From assembly GCA_012862495.1 (NCBI GenBank), contig BLSG01000301.1, forward strand, positions 1 through 39,667: a stretch of DNA of 39,667 bases, read 5' to 3'. Every line of letters begins with the position of its first letter. Positions within the stretch are counted from its first letter, which is position 1. Source of the stretch: Thraustochytrium aureum (taxonomy: Eukaryota). A model generated the notes under the pieces. That model saw only the letters and a list, made by a program, of their open reading frames with translations. It searched no databases and was not told where the DNA came from. Of the stretch, positions 18,983 through 29,484 are shown piece after piece. A program made the position numbers and the translations under genes.

Positions 18983-21913
18983 ATGGACAAGGTCAAGAAG
19001 CTGCTGGGCGAGCGCGACACGCCCAGGCAGTTCTGGCTCGCGGAGGTGCTGCAGCTGCTGCAACCTGTCCCGGTGACCATGCTGGCGTGCGGCGGGGCCG
19101 GCGCGCTCATGCTGCTGGCGACCGGAGAGGTGTTCACGTGGAAGAGCGCGCCGCACGGGCCGGTGAAGGTCCACTTTGGGCCCACCGAGGACGAGGGCCG
19201 CGTCGTGGTGCAGCAAGTGGCGGCCGGGGAGGACCACTTCGCGTGCCGGTCGACGGCGTTCACGCACAACTTGTACACGTGGGGCCTTAATGCCTGGGGA
19301 CAGCTCGGCCACGGCGACACCGTGCCGCGTGCGGGTCCAGAGGTGGTGAAAGCCATCGACGAACGCGTGACGGATGTGGCCTGCGGGCGACACTTCACCG
19401 TCGCACAGACCGAGTTTGGCCGGGTGCTCACCTGGGGCAGCAACAGCCGTGGACAGCTCGGGATCAAAGCGAGCCACGGCGAAAACGCAAAGCAGCAGCA
19501 AGCACGCAACCAGCCAACGGCGGCGCGGGCCTCGCGCGTTTGCGCCGTCGAGGTGGACCCCTCTTTCAGCTTGCTCCCCCTCCAAGTGGACCACTTGTCG
19601 CTGGACGTGCGCGAGAGAGCCGCGCGCGAGAAAGCCGACGACTCCATCGGGTACGAGCACCTCAACCTAGACGCTCGCGGGGACCAGGCGGTCGCCTACA
19701 CGTCTGTGTGGAAGGTCGCGCAAAGCGCGGGCAACGTGAATCGCGAGGAGCTCGGCCGCCTCGAGCACGTCACGGCGCAAAAGCGCTCGCAGATCGCAGA
19801 CTTGACGCTCCGCTACAAGCGGATCATGGCGCAGTGGACAAAGCGCCGCGACGGCGTCCTTCGGCACGACGAGTACCCGACCGCATGCAGCCCTGCTGCC
19901 GAGCTCGTCGACCTCCGTTCTCACACGATAGGAACCGGCAAGGACGCGGACGCCAGCGTGGGCCCGGCCTCTGTCCATGGAGGCAGCACAGCGGCAAGTC
20001 GACTCGCAAGAAACGCAAGCAGCGCCAACGGCTCGGCGGCCGCGCAGGTGCAGCGGTTCACGCCGGCGATTGGGGCCTTTGGGGCCGCTGACAAAGTGGC
20101 CCGCGACCCGGCCCTCGCGGCTCTCGAGCGCCGCACTGAACTGGCTCACCTTCGAATGGAGGAGGAGCAGGGCCGTCTCAGCCGCCTCGAGCGAGACCGC
20201 GCGGCCACAATGTGCGCCCTCAGCGACGTCGACGGGGAGATCGCCGAGCTGAAGAGCGCCAACGTGACGGTGACCTCTACGCTAGCCAGGCGCCGCGCCG
20301 AGCTTGCCAAGGCCCAAGCGCAACTGTCGGCCCTCGACAAGTTCCTCGAAGCAGGCCTTGGCAAGGACGTGGACGTCGACGGGCGATGGGCCGCGGAGCG
20401 GCTCGTGAGCGGCCTCGAGTCGGAGGTTGCCGACCTGGAGGTGCAGACGGTCGAAGTCAGCCACAACCGCCGAGCCCTCGAAGAGCGTGCTCAGGACCTG
20501 CGCCGCCGGCGTGGCGTGCTCGTGAAAGAGCAAGCCAAGTCGGACCTGCGCGTGCACCAAATTGAGGTTCGAAACAACTTGTACCAGCGGCTGCGGCTGA
20601 GGCGGCAGCGACGCCTGCAGGACGAATACACGGCCAACCTCGCTCACTTGTGGCATGTTGGGGTTCGCACGGTGCACCGTATCTGGGCAATGGCGGTTGT
20701 CCCAGCAGACGTGTTTAGGATCCTCGGTGAGCTTCGCGCAGACCCGGCCTCGAGCAGCAGGCCCGTCAAGGCGCTCGTGGCCGCCGCGGTGGCAAAGAGC
20801 AACGAGGGTCTCGATGAGGCCGTGCGGCTTGCAGAGGAGGCGCTCGGCCGTCNNNNNNNNNNNNNNNNNNNNNNNNNNNNNNNNNNNNNNNNNNNNNNNN
20901 NNNNNNNNNNNNNNNNNNNNNNNNNNNNNNNNNNNNNNNNNNNNNNNNNNNNNNNNNNNNNNNNNNNNNNNNNNNNNNNNNNNNNNNNNNNNNNNNNTGG
21001 GTCTGCGCCCGTTCCAATTCGGCAAGCAGGAGCGGGCGGAGGGTTCGGGGACGCCGGGGCTGAGGGAGGCGCCGGCCTCCACCCCAAGGCAACGGAGAAC
21101 ATAGCCCCGGGACCCGGAGAGTGCCGTCCTGTGCTGCTCGTCACAAGGCTGCAGTACTCTGCTGCAGTCGGTGACGAGGTGGTAATTGACGGCGTCAACG
21201 TAATTGTGGACGGACAGGGCCCTGACGCTCGCGGCAGCCTGCAGGGCCAGGAGATCGCTGCAGTGATCTACGAGGATGCAGACGGGTCGCCCGCGACCCT
21301 GCTGCGCGGTGGGCACACTGTTCGCGCTCGAGTCAGCGCAGGCGCGAGGCGCTTTGAGCTGCGCATCGACTTTGGGACGCCCGTCACGCTCTTCGCTAAC
21401 AGCACGACGCGGGGCTACGCCTCGTGCTGGATCGGTCTATTCGTAGAGAAGCCGTGTGGGGTGCTGCGCGTCTTTGGCGCGCCCAGCCGCTCGTTTGATC
21501 GGAACAACGACGACGTGGGTGTCCGAACGGCGCTTGGCACGGCAGCGACAAAGCTGCCGGGAACGCTGCTGGTCTTCCTCGAGCCTGGGTCGGGCGCCCA
21601 GCCGCCGGCGTCGGTTGACCTCGTCCCTGAGCGCTTCAAGACAAGGAGCCCGATCCACATCTTCCTCTCTGCGAATGTGCTGAGCATCTGCCAGCGGTGC
21701 CGGCGTATCTTTGACAACGTTGTGCAAGAGCGGCGCTTGACCAACACGATGTTGCTCTCGGTCAACGCAGTGCGCGACATTGAGCGTTTTGCGCTGAGCG
21801 CTCTTGCTGGGACGCGTGTCACGGCGAGCTCGGACCGCAACGCGGGCACGGCCGCCGCTGGCACCGACGGACCGGCCGAGCTCTTGGAACCGCTTGTTTC
21901 GCAAGTCCGCTAG
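18983..21913 (+). CDS. RCC1-repeat plus coiled-coil protein with a C-terminal beta-rich domain (spans gap 20853-20997)
   Basis: QVAAGEDHF..LYTWGLNAWGQLGHGD and DVACGRHFTVA..GRVLTWGSNSRGQLG, then a long E/R/L-rich heptad region. Frame is continuous across the gap. Confidence 0.8.
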   Translation: MDKVKKLLGERDTPRQFWLAEVLQLLQPVPVTMLACGGAGALMLLATGEVFTWKSAPHGPVKVHFGPTEDEGRVVVQQVAAGEDHFACRSTAFTHNLYTWGLNAWGQLGHGDTVPRAGPEVVKAIDERVTDVACGRHFTVAQTEFGRVLTWGSNSRGQLGIKASHGENAKQQQARNQPTAARASRVCAVEVDPSFSLLPLQVDHLSLDVRERAAREKADDSIGYEHLNLDARGDQAVAYTSVWKVAQSAGNVNREELGRLEHVTAQKRSQIADLTLRYKRIMAQWTKRRDGVLRHDEYPTACSPAAELVDLRSHTIGTGKDADASVGPASVHGGSTAASRLARNASSANGSAAAQVQRFTPAIGAFGAADKVARDPALAALERRTELAHLRMEEEQGRLSRLERDRAATMCALSDVDGEIAELKSANVTVTSTLARRRAELAKAQAQLSALDKFLEAGLGKDVDVDGRWAAERLVSGLESEVADLEVQTVEVSHNRRALEERAQDLRRRRGVLVKEQAKSDLRVHQIEVRNNLYQRLRLRRQRRLQDEYTANLAHLWHVGVRTVHRIWAMAVVPADVFRILGELRADPASSSRPVKALVAAAVAKSNEGLDEAVRLAEEALGRXXXXXXXXXXXXXXXXXXXXXXXXXXXXXXXXXXXXXXXXXXXXXXXXXGSAPVPIRQAGAGGGFGDAGAEGGAGLHPKATENIAPGPGECRPVLLVTRLQYSAAVGDEVVIDGVNVIVDGQGPDARGSLQGQEIAAVIYEDADGSPATLLRGGHTVRARVSAGARRFELRIDFGTPVTLFANSTTRGYASCWIGLFVEKPCGVLRVFGAPSRSFDRNNDDVGVRTALGTAATKLPGTLLVFLEPGSGAQPPASVDLVPERFKTRSPIHIFLSANVLSICQRCRRIFDNVVQERRLTNTMLLSVNAVRDIERFALSALAGTRVTASSDRNAGTAAAGTDGPAELLEPLVSQVR

Positions 21914-22065
21914 CCCGAGTGGGGTGCTCTCGTCCTTGCTGAGCACGCGCGCGGCGAGCGGCGACGCGGGCCAGCTCAGTCGTCCCTCGAGCATACGCGA
22001 CCCTCAAACCAGTCGTGCGGTCTGTGGGGATGTAGGTAGGTAGGTATTCGACAAGTACAAAATAA

Positions 22066-23272
22066 TCAGCAAATACTACCGGTCCCGTCTTTGGCGCCGC
22101 TCTGTGGTGGCAGCACGGCAACTGAGGTGGCCAGGCCGTCGTCGAGGCCTTGGTCGCCCGAAAGAACGTTCGACAGCGAAGACGCTGACTCGAGGGCCTT
22201 GAGGCGGCGCCGATGCCCCATCATGCAGCACGCGTTGAGGCGACGGCCAAGCGAGCGTGGCATCCACACTGCCGAAGTCATCAAGAGTATCATAGTTGTG
22301 TTGATTCCGAGCTCGAGCACGATTCCGTTGGACTGGATGTGTCGCATCCACACCGTGTCTGGCGTCTCGCGGCGGGACAGCACTTCGGTGGTAGAACAGA
22401 TCGCGGTCAGGTAGACGAGCGTGGACAGGATGGCCACCATGGAGTACCACAGGTTTTGCCGCGCCACGTTCTCGAGAATAGCTGCCTTTTGGTCCATCGC
22501 GGCGTCATTGCTCTGCGATGTGATTCGGCGCAGGTAGTAGAGAACAGGCCGCAAGAACATGAAGAGGAGCGCCAGCGAGAGAGTCGTATCAAGCGAGAGG
22601 CTCAGCCACGCCAGCCAAGCAACGACGGACTGGACGCACGTCTGCTCGGCAAAGTACAAGCGCCCCTGGAAGAGGAAAAAGGCGCCCAAAGCCATGACCG
22701 GCACAAAGTAAATCCCTGTGCGCACCAGCACGAGCATCACGCGGTGCCCGAGGCTCTGGCCCACCCGATTCCCCACGGTCTGGACGCGCTCGAACAGGCA
22801 CAGGTACACGAAAAAGTTGCTCATGATGTAGAGCGGCGCGTAAGAGGACCCCAGGTAAGTGCACGTCTCCCACGAAACCCCCTCCCAGNNNNNNNNNNNN
22901 NNNNNNNNNNNNNNNNNNNNNNNNNNNNNNNNNNNNNNNNNNNNNNNNNNNNNNNNNNNNNNNNNNNNNNNNNNNNNNNNNNNNNNNNNNNNNNNNNNNN
23001 NNNNNNNNNNNNNNNNNNNNNNNNNNNNNNNNNNNNNNNNNNNNNNNNNNNNNNNNNNNNNNNNNCGTGCCTTGACGGGCTGCACGTGCGCCCCGCTCCG
23101 GTTTTGCAGGAGCGGCCGTAGCACCAGGAACCCGACCACCAAGTTGAACACGATCAGGCGGGATCGACAGGTACGTCCCGGAGAGTCTCGCGATGCGGTA
23201 GCTGTCCGGCTCGGGCAAGTCGCCGAAGGCGACGGTTGCCTCTTCCGTGCGAACTGGGACCACATTCCCCAT
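22066..23272 (-). CDS. Seven-TM GPCR-like protein, paralog of 8003-9256; frameshift ~23160 and gap 22889-23065
   Basis: YIMSNFFVYLCLFERVQ, LDTTLSLALLFMFLRPV and ARQNLWYSMVAILSTLVYL match the first 7TM gene. The N-terminus MGNVVPV..YLSIP joins LIVFNLVVG if one C is removed. Confidence 0.75.
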
Positions 23273-23699
23273 GGCGGTCTCGAAGCCGCAACAGCAGCGC
23301 GAGCCACGCCAGGCGCGAGCTTGGGCACTGATCACTGATCGATCACTGCTCGATCACTGGCAGGGCGACAGATTGCAAAATGTGAGCACCGCTGCCAGTC
23401 TTTCTCACTGGTCCCTTGTTGTGACGTGTTTGTACTCTGCGAAGAGGTCTCTGGTGGACCACGTGTTACTGATGAGGTGTGCATCCCTCGCTCGGTCGGT
23501 CGGTCGACGTACGCCATGCGCCCACTGTGCGCTGAAGCGAGATCTTCTGTTCTGGCACGTGTTTTGCACCCGATAAGTGGCGTCTCAAGGGCAACGGCGA
23601 CGGGCGCAACGAACGCCTTGCGAGTTGCGACCTCGTAGCACATGGTGCAGCTTTTGGCCTTCGGACCCCGGCCCTCCAGGGAAACCCTCGCGGCGCACG

Positions 23700-24556
23700 G
23701 CGCGCTCGCGCGAAGCATTCGTCTTCCTGGTCTCTAGGTACCGGCGACGCTCGCGAGCGGGTCTGGTCTTTCGCGGCAAGCGGCAAAAGCACCGGCAAGC
23801 TTCACTTTAGGTTTTCCGCGCTGTCGACCAAGTAGCGCCTGAAGTAGGTGCATGCATACCTACCGCAGGCCCTCCAGCGTCGAATCGGCGCGCGCGATGA
23901 GGCTGGTGAGCACGGCCGCGAGTACAACAACATCACGTCTTTGCAAGAAACCGCCTGACGCTGGTTTAGGAAGGCCAGCTGCACGTCGTGTCGGCCGGGC
24001 CGGCCGGGGCAGCCAAGAGGCAAAACCTGGCCTCCGACAGCCGGCATGTGCGGGGCCGTCGAGCAGCCCATCCGCCGCGAGCAGCCCATCCGTCGCGAGG
24101 GGTGGTGTCAGAGAATGCAGGGCAATGGCGCTTGGGCGACCAGCAGCGGCAAGAGTTCGCGCGAGCAAAAGCCCCGTGCATGATTGCGAAGGTCTTTGGG
24201 TCAGTCCTTTGCTGCAGACCATCGTTGACATGAAGCCTCGCACGCCAACAAGAGCGCAAAACTCGCCGGGGAGGAAAAGAGGAAATAAATAGATTCGAGC
24301 GTCCCTGTGGGTAAAAAGAGTGCAATCGCGACGGCGTGCGACGACGCTGGCGCGCTCAGAGCTTGGAGCGAATGTCCTTCTGGCAGTTGCCCACGTTGAT
24401 CAGCGTGTTGCTCCGGAAGAAATCGAGAGCCGCCTTTTCACGAACCTGGCCAGCCGAGTACTTTGACTTGCGGGCCGCGGTCGGCTTACGCCGGCTGCCA
24501 GTCTGGTTGACCTGCAGCGCGGCGTTGTTGCTTGCTGTCACTGAGGTGGTCGTCAT
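23700..24556 (-). pseudogene. Possible degraded or mis-assembled CABLES-like gene fragments
   Basis: Short ORF 24556-24356 (..REKAALDFFRSNTLINV) plus downstream fragments LLDGP and YACTYFRRYLVDSAENLK*..LLPLAAK in different frames. Weak resemblance only. Confidence 0.2.
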
Positions 24557-25425
24557 CTTGGCGCTACGGTGAGCCCCTGCCGTCTTGACGCACCGCGCCG
24601 CCTCCGCCTGCACGTCCAAAACGCGAGTTCCTGGCTCTCGTGGCCGCTCGCTGCCAAGCACTTGCAGAATCGTAGGTGAGTAGTAGCCTGCTCGTCTGCA
24701 CGAACCGCGTTGTGGTCTGCTCTCGCGAATTGGCTCCGAGGCTCCCTTCGAATGTGGTCTGCCAATTCCGAGTCCATGCCATGCGGAATTGTGCCCTCGC
24801 ACAAGCAACAAAAAAAAGCCAAAGCAGGTTGGGCACAGATCTTTCCGCGCGCGCGTACCTCCGCTACGCGACACCGCGCCCGCCGCGCCATTGCGCTAAC
24901 GTCGGGCGTGCCAGTGGAGCGCGGGATGCGCGAGGTCTTTTATTTCCGCTCTGGATGCGATGAACCCGTGGCCGANNNNNNNNNNNNNNNNNNNNNNNNN
25001 NNNNNNNNNNNNNNNNNNNNNNNNNNNNNNNNNNNNNNNNNNNNNNNNNNNNNNNNNNNNNNNNNNNNNNNNNNNNNNNNNNNNNNNNNNNNNNNNNNNN
25101 NNNNNNNNNNNNNNNNNNNNNNNNNNNNNNNNNNNNNNNNNNNNNNNNNNNNNNNNNNNNNNNNNNNNNNNNNNNNNNNNNNNNNNNNNNNNNNNNNNNN
25201 NNNNNNNNNNNNNNNNNNNNNNNNNNNNNNNNNNNNNNNNNNNNNNNNNNNNNNNNNNNNNNNNNNNNNNNNNNNNNNNNNNNNNNNNNNNNNNNNNNNN
25301 NNNNNNNNNNNNNNNNNNNNNNNNNNNNNNNNNNNNNNNNNNNNNNNNNNNNNNNNNNNNNNNNNNNNNNNNNNNNNNNNNNNNNNNNNNNNNNNNNNNN
25401 NNNNNNNNNNAAAGTCGCCAGCGAG

Positions 25426-27102
25426 CTAGTGCTGCGCGACGCGGAGGCTGCTCGCAAAGTCCATCGTGCTCCACTGGTCGGAAAAGACAAACGTTGAGCT
25501 TCCCGCCAGGTCGCAGTCGAGTTCGTCCTCCCGCACGTCCTCTCGCGCGCCTGCGAGAGGCTGGCACGCGATTCCTGGCGCCGACGCGGCCGCGACTGTG
25601 GGAGCCTGCTCCGCTTCGTCCTCTCCAAGCAATACGTCGCTCTCGTGGTCCTGATCTTGGTACGTTGTTTCAGGGGCGAGGCGCTCAACCTCGTCGCGAG
25701 AGGCGCGACAAACGGCTATCGACACAATCGCCCCGCCCTTTCGAAACATTCCCGTCACCTGCTCAAAGCTCGGAAGGTCCATGGACGCCAGAACGGCGCG
25801 CAGGTCCCCTCCGGGCGCGCACTTGGCGATCTCGCTCGCCGTCCTGCGCGCGTTGAACGCGCCAAGCGCCACGACGAGGTCGCCTTGCTCAAGCACGGCT
25901 CGCTGGTCTTTTGCAAAGCTCTTGCCAACCCGCTTGATGAGGCAGTACCTGTCCATGATGGGCTCCACCTCGACGCACAGCTTGCCCGCGCTGTCGCGCT
26001 TGAGCGTGCACTCGCGAACAGGCGGCGCCGCTTCAGCCGAGGCCGCTGTCGGCCGCGGCCGCCGCCCTGGCCGCCGAGCGCGCGACCCGGCTGTCCCACT
26101 TGACAACCGAGAGGAGCGGCCTGCGGGCTCGGCGAGAGGACTGGAGACGTGTTTGCTGCGCTGAGACCCAGTCCTCCGCGCTGAATCCTCGTCGCCACAA
26201 GGGCCTGTTGCGGCGGATAGGCGGCTCGCCTGCGTCTGCCGCTGCATCTCTTGCATGAGCTCGGCTTGCTCGCGGAGGAGCCGCTTCTGCTCCTCTACCT
26301 GCTCGCGCAGGTCCTGCAGCTCGGCGGTAAAGTGCGACTCACTCTCGCTACCCGGGGGCTCTGCGCTGCTAGGCGCAGGCGCTGCTGGCGTTGATACGAG
26401 GCTCTGCCTTTCTACGCGGCATGGCTGGTCCGGCTCGGCGTCTGCACCCTGCTCGTGCAGTCCCTCCTGTTTCTCGCGCTCGCGTTGTGCGCGCTTGAGC
26501 GCAAGTTGCTCCTCAAGACACCGCCGTGTGCGCTCTTGCTCGCGCCGCTTTTGAAGGATGGCATCCTGCTTCCACTGAAACATCCTTGAGAGCTTGTCGC
26601 TGTCATCGTCGCCGGCGAGCAGGTGCTCACTCTGGTTGTTTTTGGGCAAAGTGGTCGGCAGGGACGAGCCCGGCAAGGCGGCAGAGGCTTTAAGCCGCAC
26701 CTGCTCTTCGAGACCCTGCCTGAGCTCGCGCTGTTTTTGCTGCTTGAGGAGGATTTCGTCCTGCTTCCACTGAAACTTGCGCGAGAAGGCGTCTTGCGGG
26801 CTGGCCTGCGTCGCCGACGACACCTGCGGTTCGTCGCGCAAGAGGTCCGCCACGGGCCTCCTCTCGCGCGCAGAGAGAAGCGCCGGGAGCGAGTTGACCT
26901 CGCGCGGCGTCGACTGCCGCCGCTCCTCCTCTGCGTCTAGCGACGCGCGGCGCGAGGACTCGCGGTCTCGTTTTTCCCTGACCTGCTCTGCCAGCGACTC
27001 GCGCAGCTTGGCTTGCTCGCGCTGCTTCTTCGCGATCTCCTCGCGCTTCCACTCATCCAGCCGATCAAACTGGAACCGTGTGTGCCGCGTCGCGTCCTCC
27101 AT
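25426..27102 (-). CDS. Coiled-coil protein with three internal ~30-aa repeats and a PDZ-like domain
   Basis: Repeats WKREEIAKKQREQAKLRESLAEQVREK, WKQDEILLKQQKQRELRQGLEEQVRLK and WKQDAILQKRREQERTRRCLEEQLALK. PDZ-like TLKRDSAGKLCVEV..LIKRV..LEQGDLVVALG..FEQVTGMFRKGGAIVSIAV. Confidence 0.7.
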   Translation of the reverse strand: MEDATRHTRFQFDRLDEWKREEIAKKQREQAKLRESLAEQVREKRDRESSRRASLDAEEERRQSTPREVNSLPALLSARERRPVADLLRDEPQVSSATQASPQDAFSRKFQWKQDEILLKQQKQRELRQGLEEQVRLKASAALPGSSLPTTLPKNNQSEHLLAGDDDSDKLSRMFQWKQDAILQKRREQERTRRCLEEQLALKRAQREREKQEGLHEQGADAEPDQPCRVERQSLVSTPAAPAPSSAEPPGSESESHFTAELQDLREQVEEQKRLLREQAELMQEMQRQTQASRLSAATGPCGDEDSARRTGSQRSKHVSSPLAEPAGRSSRLSSGTAGSRARRPGRRPRPTAASAEAAPPVRECTLKRDSAGKLCVEVEPIMDRYCLIKRVGKSFAKDQRAVLEQGDLVVALGAFNARRTASEIAKCAPGGDLRAVLASMDLPSFEQVTGMFRKGGAIVSIAVCRASRDEVERLAPETTYQDQDHESDVLLGEDEAEQAPTVAAASAPGIACQPLAGAREDVREDELDCDLAGSSTFVFSDQWSTMDFASSLRVAQH

Positions 27103-27687
27103 GCCCGCTCGCTTGGCGCGCCTCCAGCCTGGGCCGTCGTCCCCAGGCCTCGGGGTGGGAGTCCAACCGCCGGCGCCAGGGCGCTCTGAAGCAACAAAAG
27201 CCGCTCCGTCAACGCTCGAATGCCTGCCCGAGCGCCTCAAGCCAGCGATCGAAACCAACGCCGTCGGTAGGCCTCCAAGCGCGCCCGCGTGCAGGCCTGC
27301 GCGCGGCTCGTGTCCGAGTCGTACTGCTGCCGTCACGGTAACGGTCAGCCTTTTTCGGACAATTCCATAGGACATTTTCAAGACTCGTACCGGGCCACCC
27401 CGGCCAACGTGATCCCCGCACGCAAAATGGCACGTGCGCATTAAAACTCGACAGCGAAAGGAAAACCGTCCAGGAGGCATCGCGGTCTGGTCTCAGTCAA
27501 CTGATCGATCGCCGAGGGGGCGCTGTTGCAGCTGCTTGCGACCCAGCGTTCGATGTCGCTCGTCGCGGCGCTCTCGTCGGGGGCTCTCGCGCGCGAAACA
27601 GCAACGACGACGACCACAAACCAAACGTTTTTCGCAGCCAATCGACCGAGAAACACGAGCGAGTGCCATTCCATTCCGTCGACATGA

Positions 27688-29484
27688 ATGGAGCGCGACA
27701 GCTCTCGGAAGGCCATCACGAGTCAGGCTCACTCTTTGTCGTGGAACGGTGCCACCATCCTCGCGACGCGGCCGCCCTGGGCTGTAATGGATGATGGCGA
27801 GGCCTCGGGAGTGGCCTCGGCGCGCGGCGTCGTGGTGAAGCGCCACAAGCGCGCCGGATGGCTGATTGCTACGCTGCGCGTGCAAGAATGGTCGGCGGCA
27901 AGTCCGCGCCTCGCGACCAGGGAGCATGTACGCGCTGTGCTGGATAAGCGCGGGCTGCACGGCTGCGCGGCGGGGCTCTTCATGCTTGGCACGCATGTTA
28001 CTGTGCGAGGGCTGGTTGACGCCGCTGAGATCGCCGAGGCGCTGGGTCCGGCGCTGGCGCGCGACAAGCCTGCTCCCTGGGCAGCTGACAGCGCCATGCC
28101 TGCGCTGCTCGTAAGAGAATGGAGCATTGACCGCGTCAGCGAGGGCGCTGGCCTGCGCGGCATCGAGCGCATACTGGACGCTTGCCGGCAAGGCGCGCAC
28201 GCGTTTGAGGCGACCGCTGCAGCGCTCGACAGCGACGCGCAAGCGCTCGCACAGCTCCTGGCGATGGACCCAACGAGCGAGGCGCGCAAACAGGCTGTCA
28301 TTGCGATATCGCGGCGCATCAAGGGCCTGCCCGTGGCGCGAGGACGGGAGCGTGGGCCGAGGATCAGCGCCGAAGACAGGGCCGCGATTCTCGAGGCCAA
28401 CGAAGCGGCTCGCCAGGCCCCAGCAGGACTGCTGGACCCAGAGATGCTGCTCGGTACCGAGACAGGGCAGGTTGCGGTGGCTGGCCAAGCAGCAGGCGCG
28501 CACCTCTCGCGGCTGGAGCGCAAGCGCATGCGCGACAATTGCGAGTTCGAAGCGCCGCTTGACAGCGAGGCAAGGCACGTGCAGCTGAAAGCGGAGGCTG
28601 GCTTTGGTTTGGCGCTGGACCCGCTGGACAGCCTCAGGCACGGCGAGCTCGGCGACGAGGGCTACGTCCAGTACTGCGTCTCGCGCAAGGGCCCGCAAGT
28701 GAGGTGGATGGTCGACCGGCTCGCGGATCCTGCCAAGCTGTTTGGCGGCGCCGGCGCACCGCTGCTCGTCGTGGACGTGGGCTGCGGCAGGGGGGACCTC
28801 GCGCTCAACGTGGCGGCCATGGTGCCAGGCGCGCGAGTCATCGGCCTCGACACCAACGCTGCCAGCCTGGACGTGGGCCGCAAACGCGCTGCCGCAGCAG
28901 GCCTCGGCGACAAGGCGGACTTTGTCGATCTTGACGTCGGCGCCCTACTCGTGGCGGTCGCCGCTGCGCGCGAGACAGTCTCGGTCGCCGCACGGCAAGA
29001 TTCAGGCTCAGCTTTGACCTCCGAGCCGCTCGCTGCGGCCCTCGCGATGCGCCTCGTCGCTGCGCAAGGTGTGGTTCTCGTGGGTCTGCACGCATGCGGC
29101 GGGCTCTCGGACGCGATCCTCGCGCTCGCGCTCAAGCTGGGCAACGCGTCGGTGCTCTGCGTGACTTGCTGCTTTCCCAAGAACGCTGCGCTACGTGCGG
29201 CAACTTGCGGAGACGAGCACAGCTGGTGGGGCCTGCCGCCGTCTACGGGCCAGCGTCTGGCTTGCCTCTGTGAGACGGACGCTGCGCCGCACATTTCGCA
29301 GCAGGCCATGGCGAGTGTCAACTCGTTGCGCCTCGGGTGGCTGCAAAGACGAGCAGCCGATGGGTCAAGTGGCGCGAGCCGGTGCACGTCGCGCTTGCTC
29401 GCCTTCCCGGCCTCCTACTCGCCCAAAAACCAGGTGCTCTACTTCGCGCCGGCGCCGAGGACCACCGTGCGTGCGGCTGGCTGA
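27688..29484 (+). CDS. SAM-dependent methyltransferase (Methyltransf_32-like); start may be 27787
   Basis: RKGPQVRWM, motif I VVDVGCGRGDL, VIGLD, VGLHACGGLSD, TCCF and SPKNQVL. Confidence 0.88.
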   Translation: MERDSSRKAITSQAHSLSWNGATILATRPPWAVMDDGEASGVASARGVVVKRHKRAGWLIATLRVQEWSAASPRLATREHVRAVLDKRGLHGCAAGLFMLGTHVTVRGLVDAAEIAEALGPALARDKPAPWAADSAMPALLVREWSIDRVSEGAGLRGIERILDACRQGAHAFEATAAALDSDAQALAQLLAMDPTSEARKQAVIAISRRIKGLPVARGRERGPRISAEDRAAILEANEAARQAPAGLLDPEMLLGTETGQVAVAGQAAGAHLSRLERKRMRDNCEFEAPLDSEARHVQLKAEAGFGLALDPLDSLRHGELGDEGYVQYCVSRKGPQVRWMVDRLADPAKLFGGAGAPLLVVDVGCGRGDLALNVAAMVPGARVIGLDTNAASLDVGRKRAAAAGLGDKADFVDLDVGALLVAVAAARETVSVAARQDSGSALTSEPLAAALAMRLVAAQGVVLVGLHACGGLSDAILALALKLGNASVLCVTCCFPKNAALRAATCGDEHSWWGLPPSTGQRLACLCETDAAPHISQQAMASVNSLRLGWLQRRAADGSSGASRCTSRLLAFPASYSPKNQVLYFAPAPRTTVRAAG

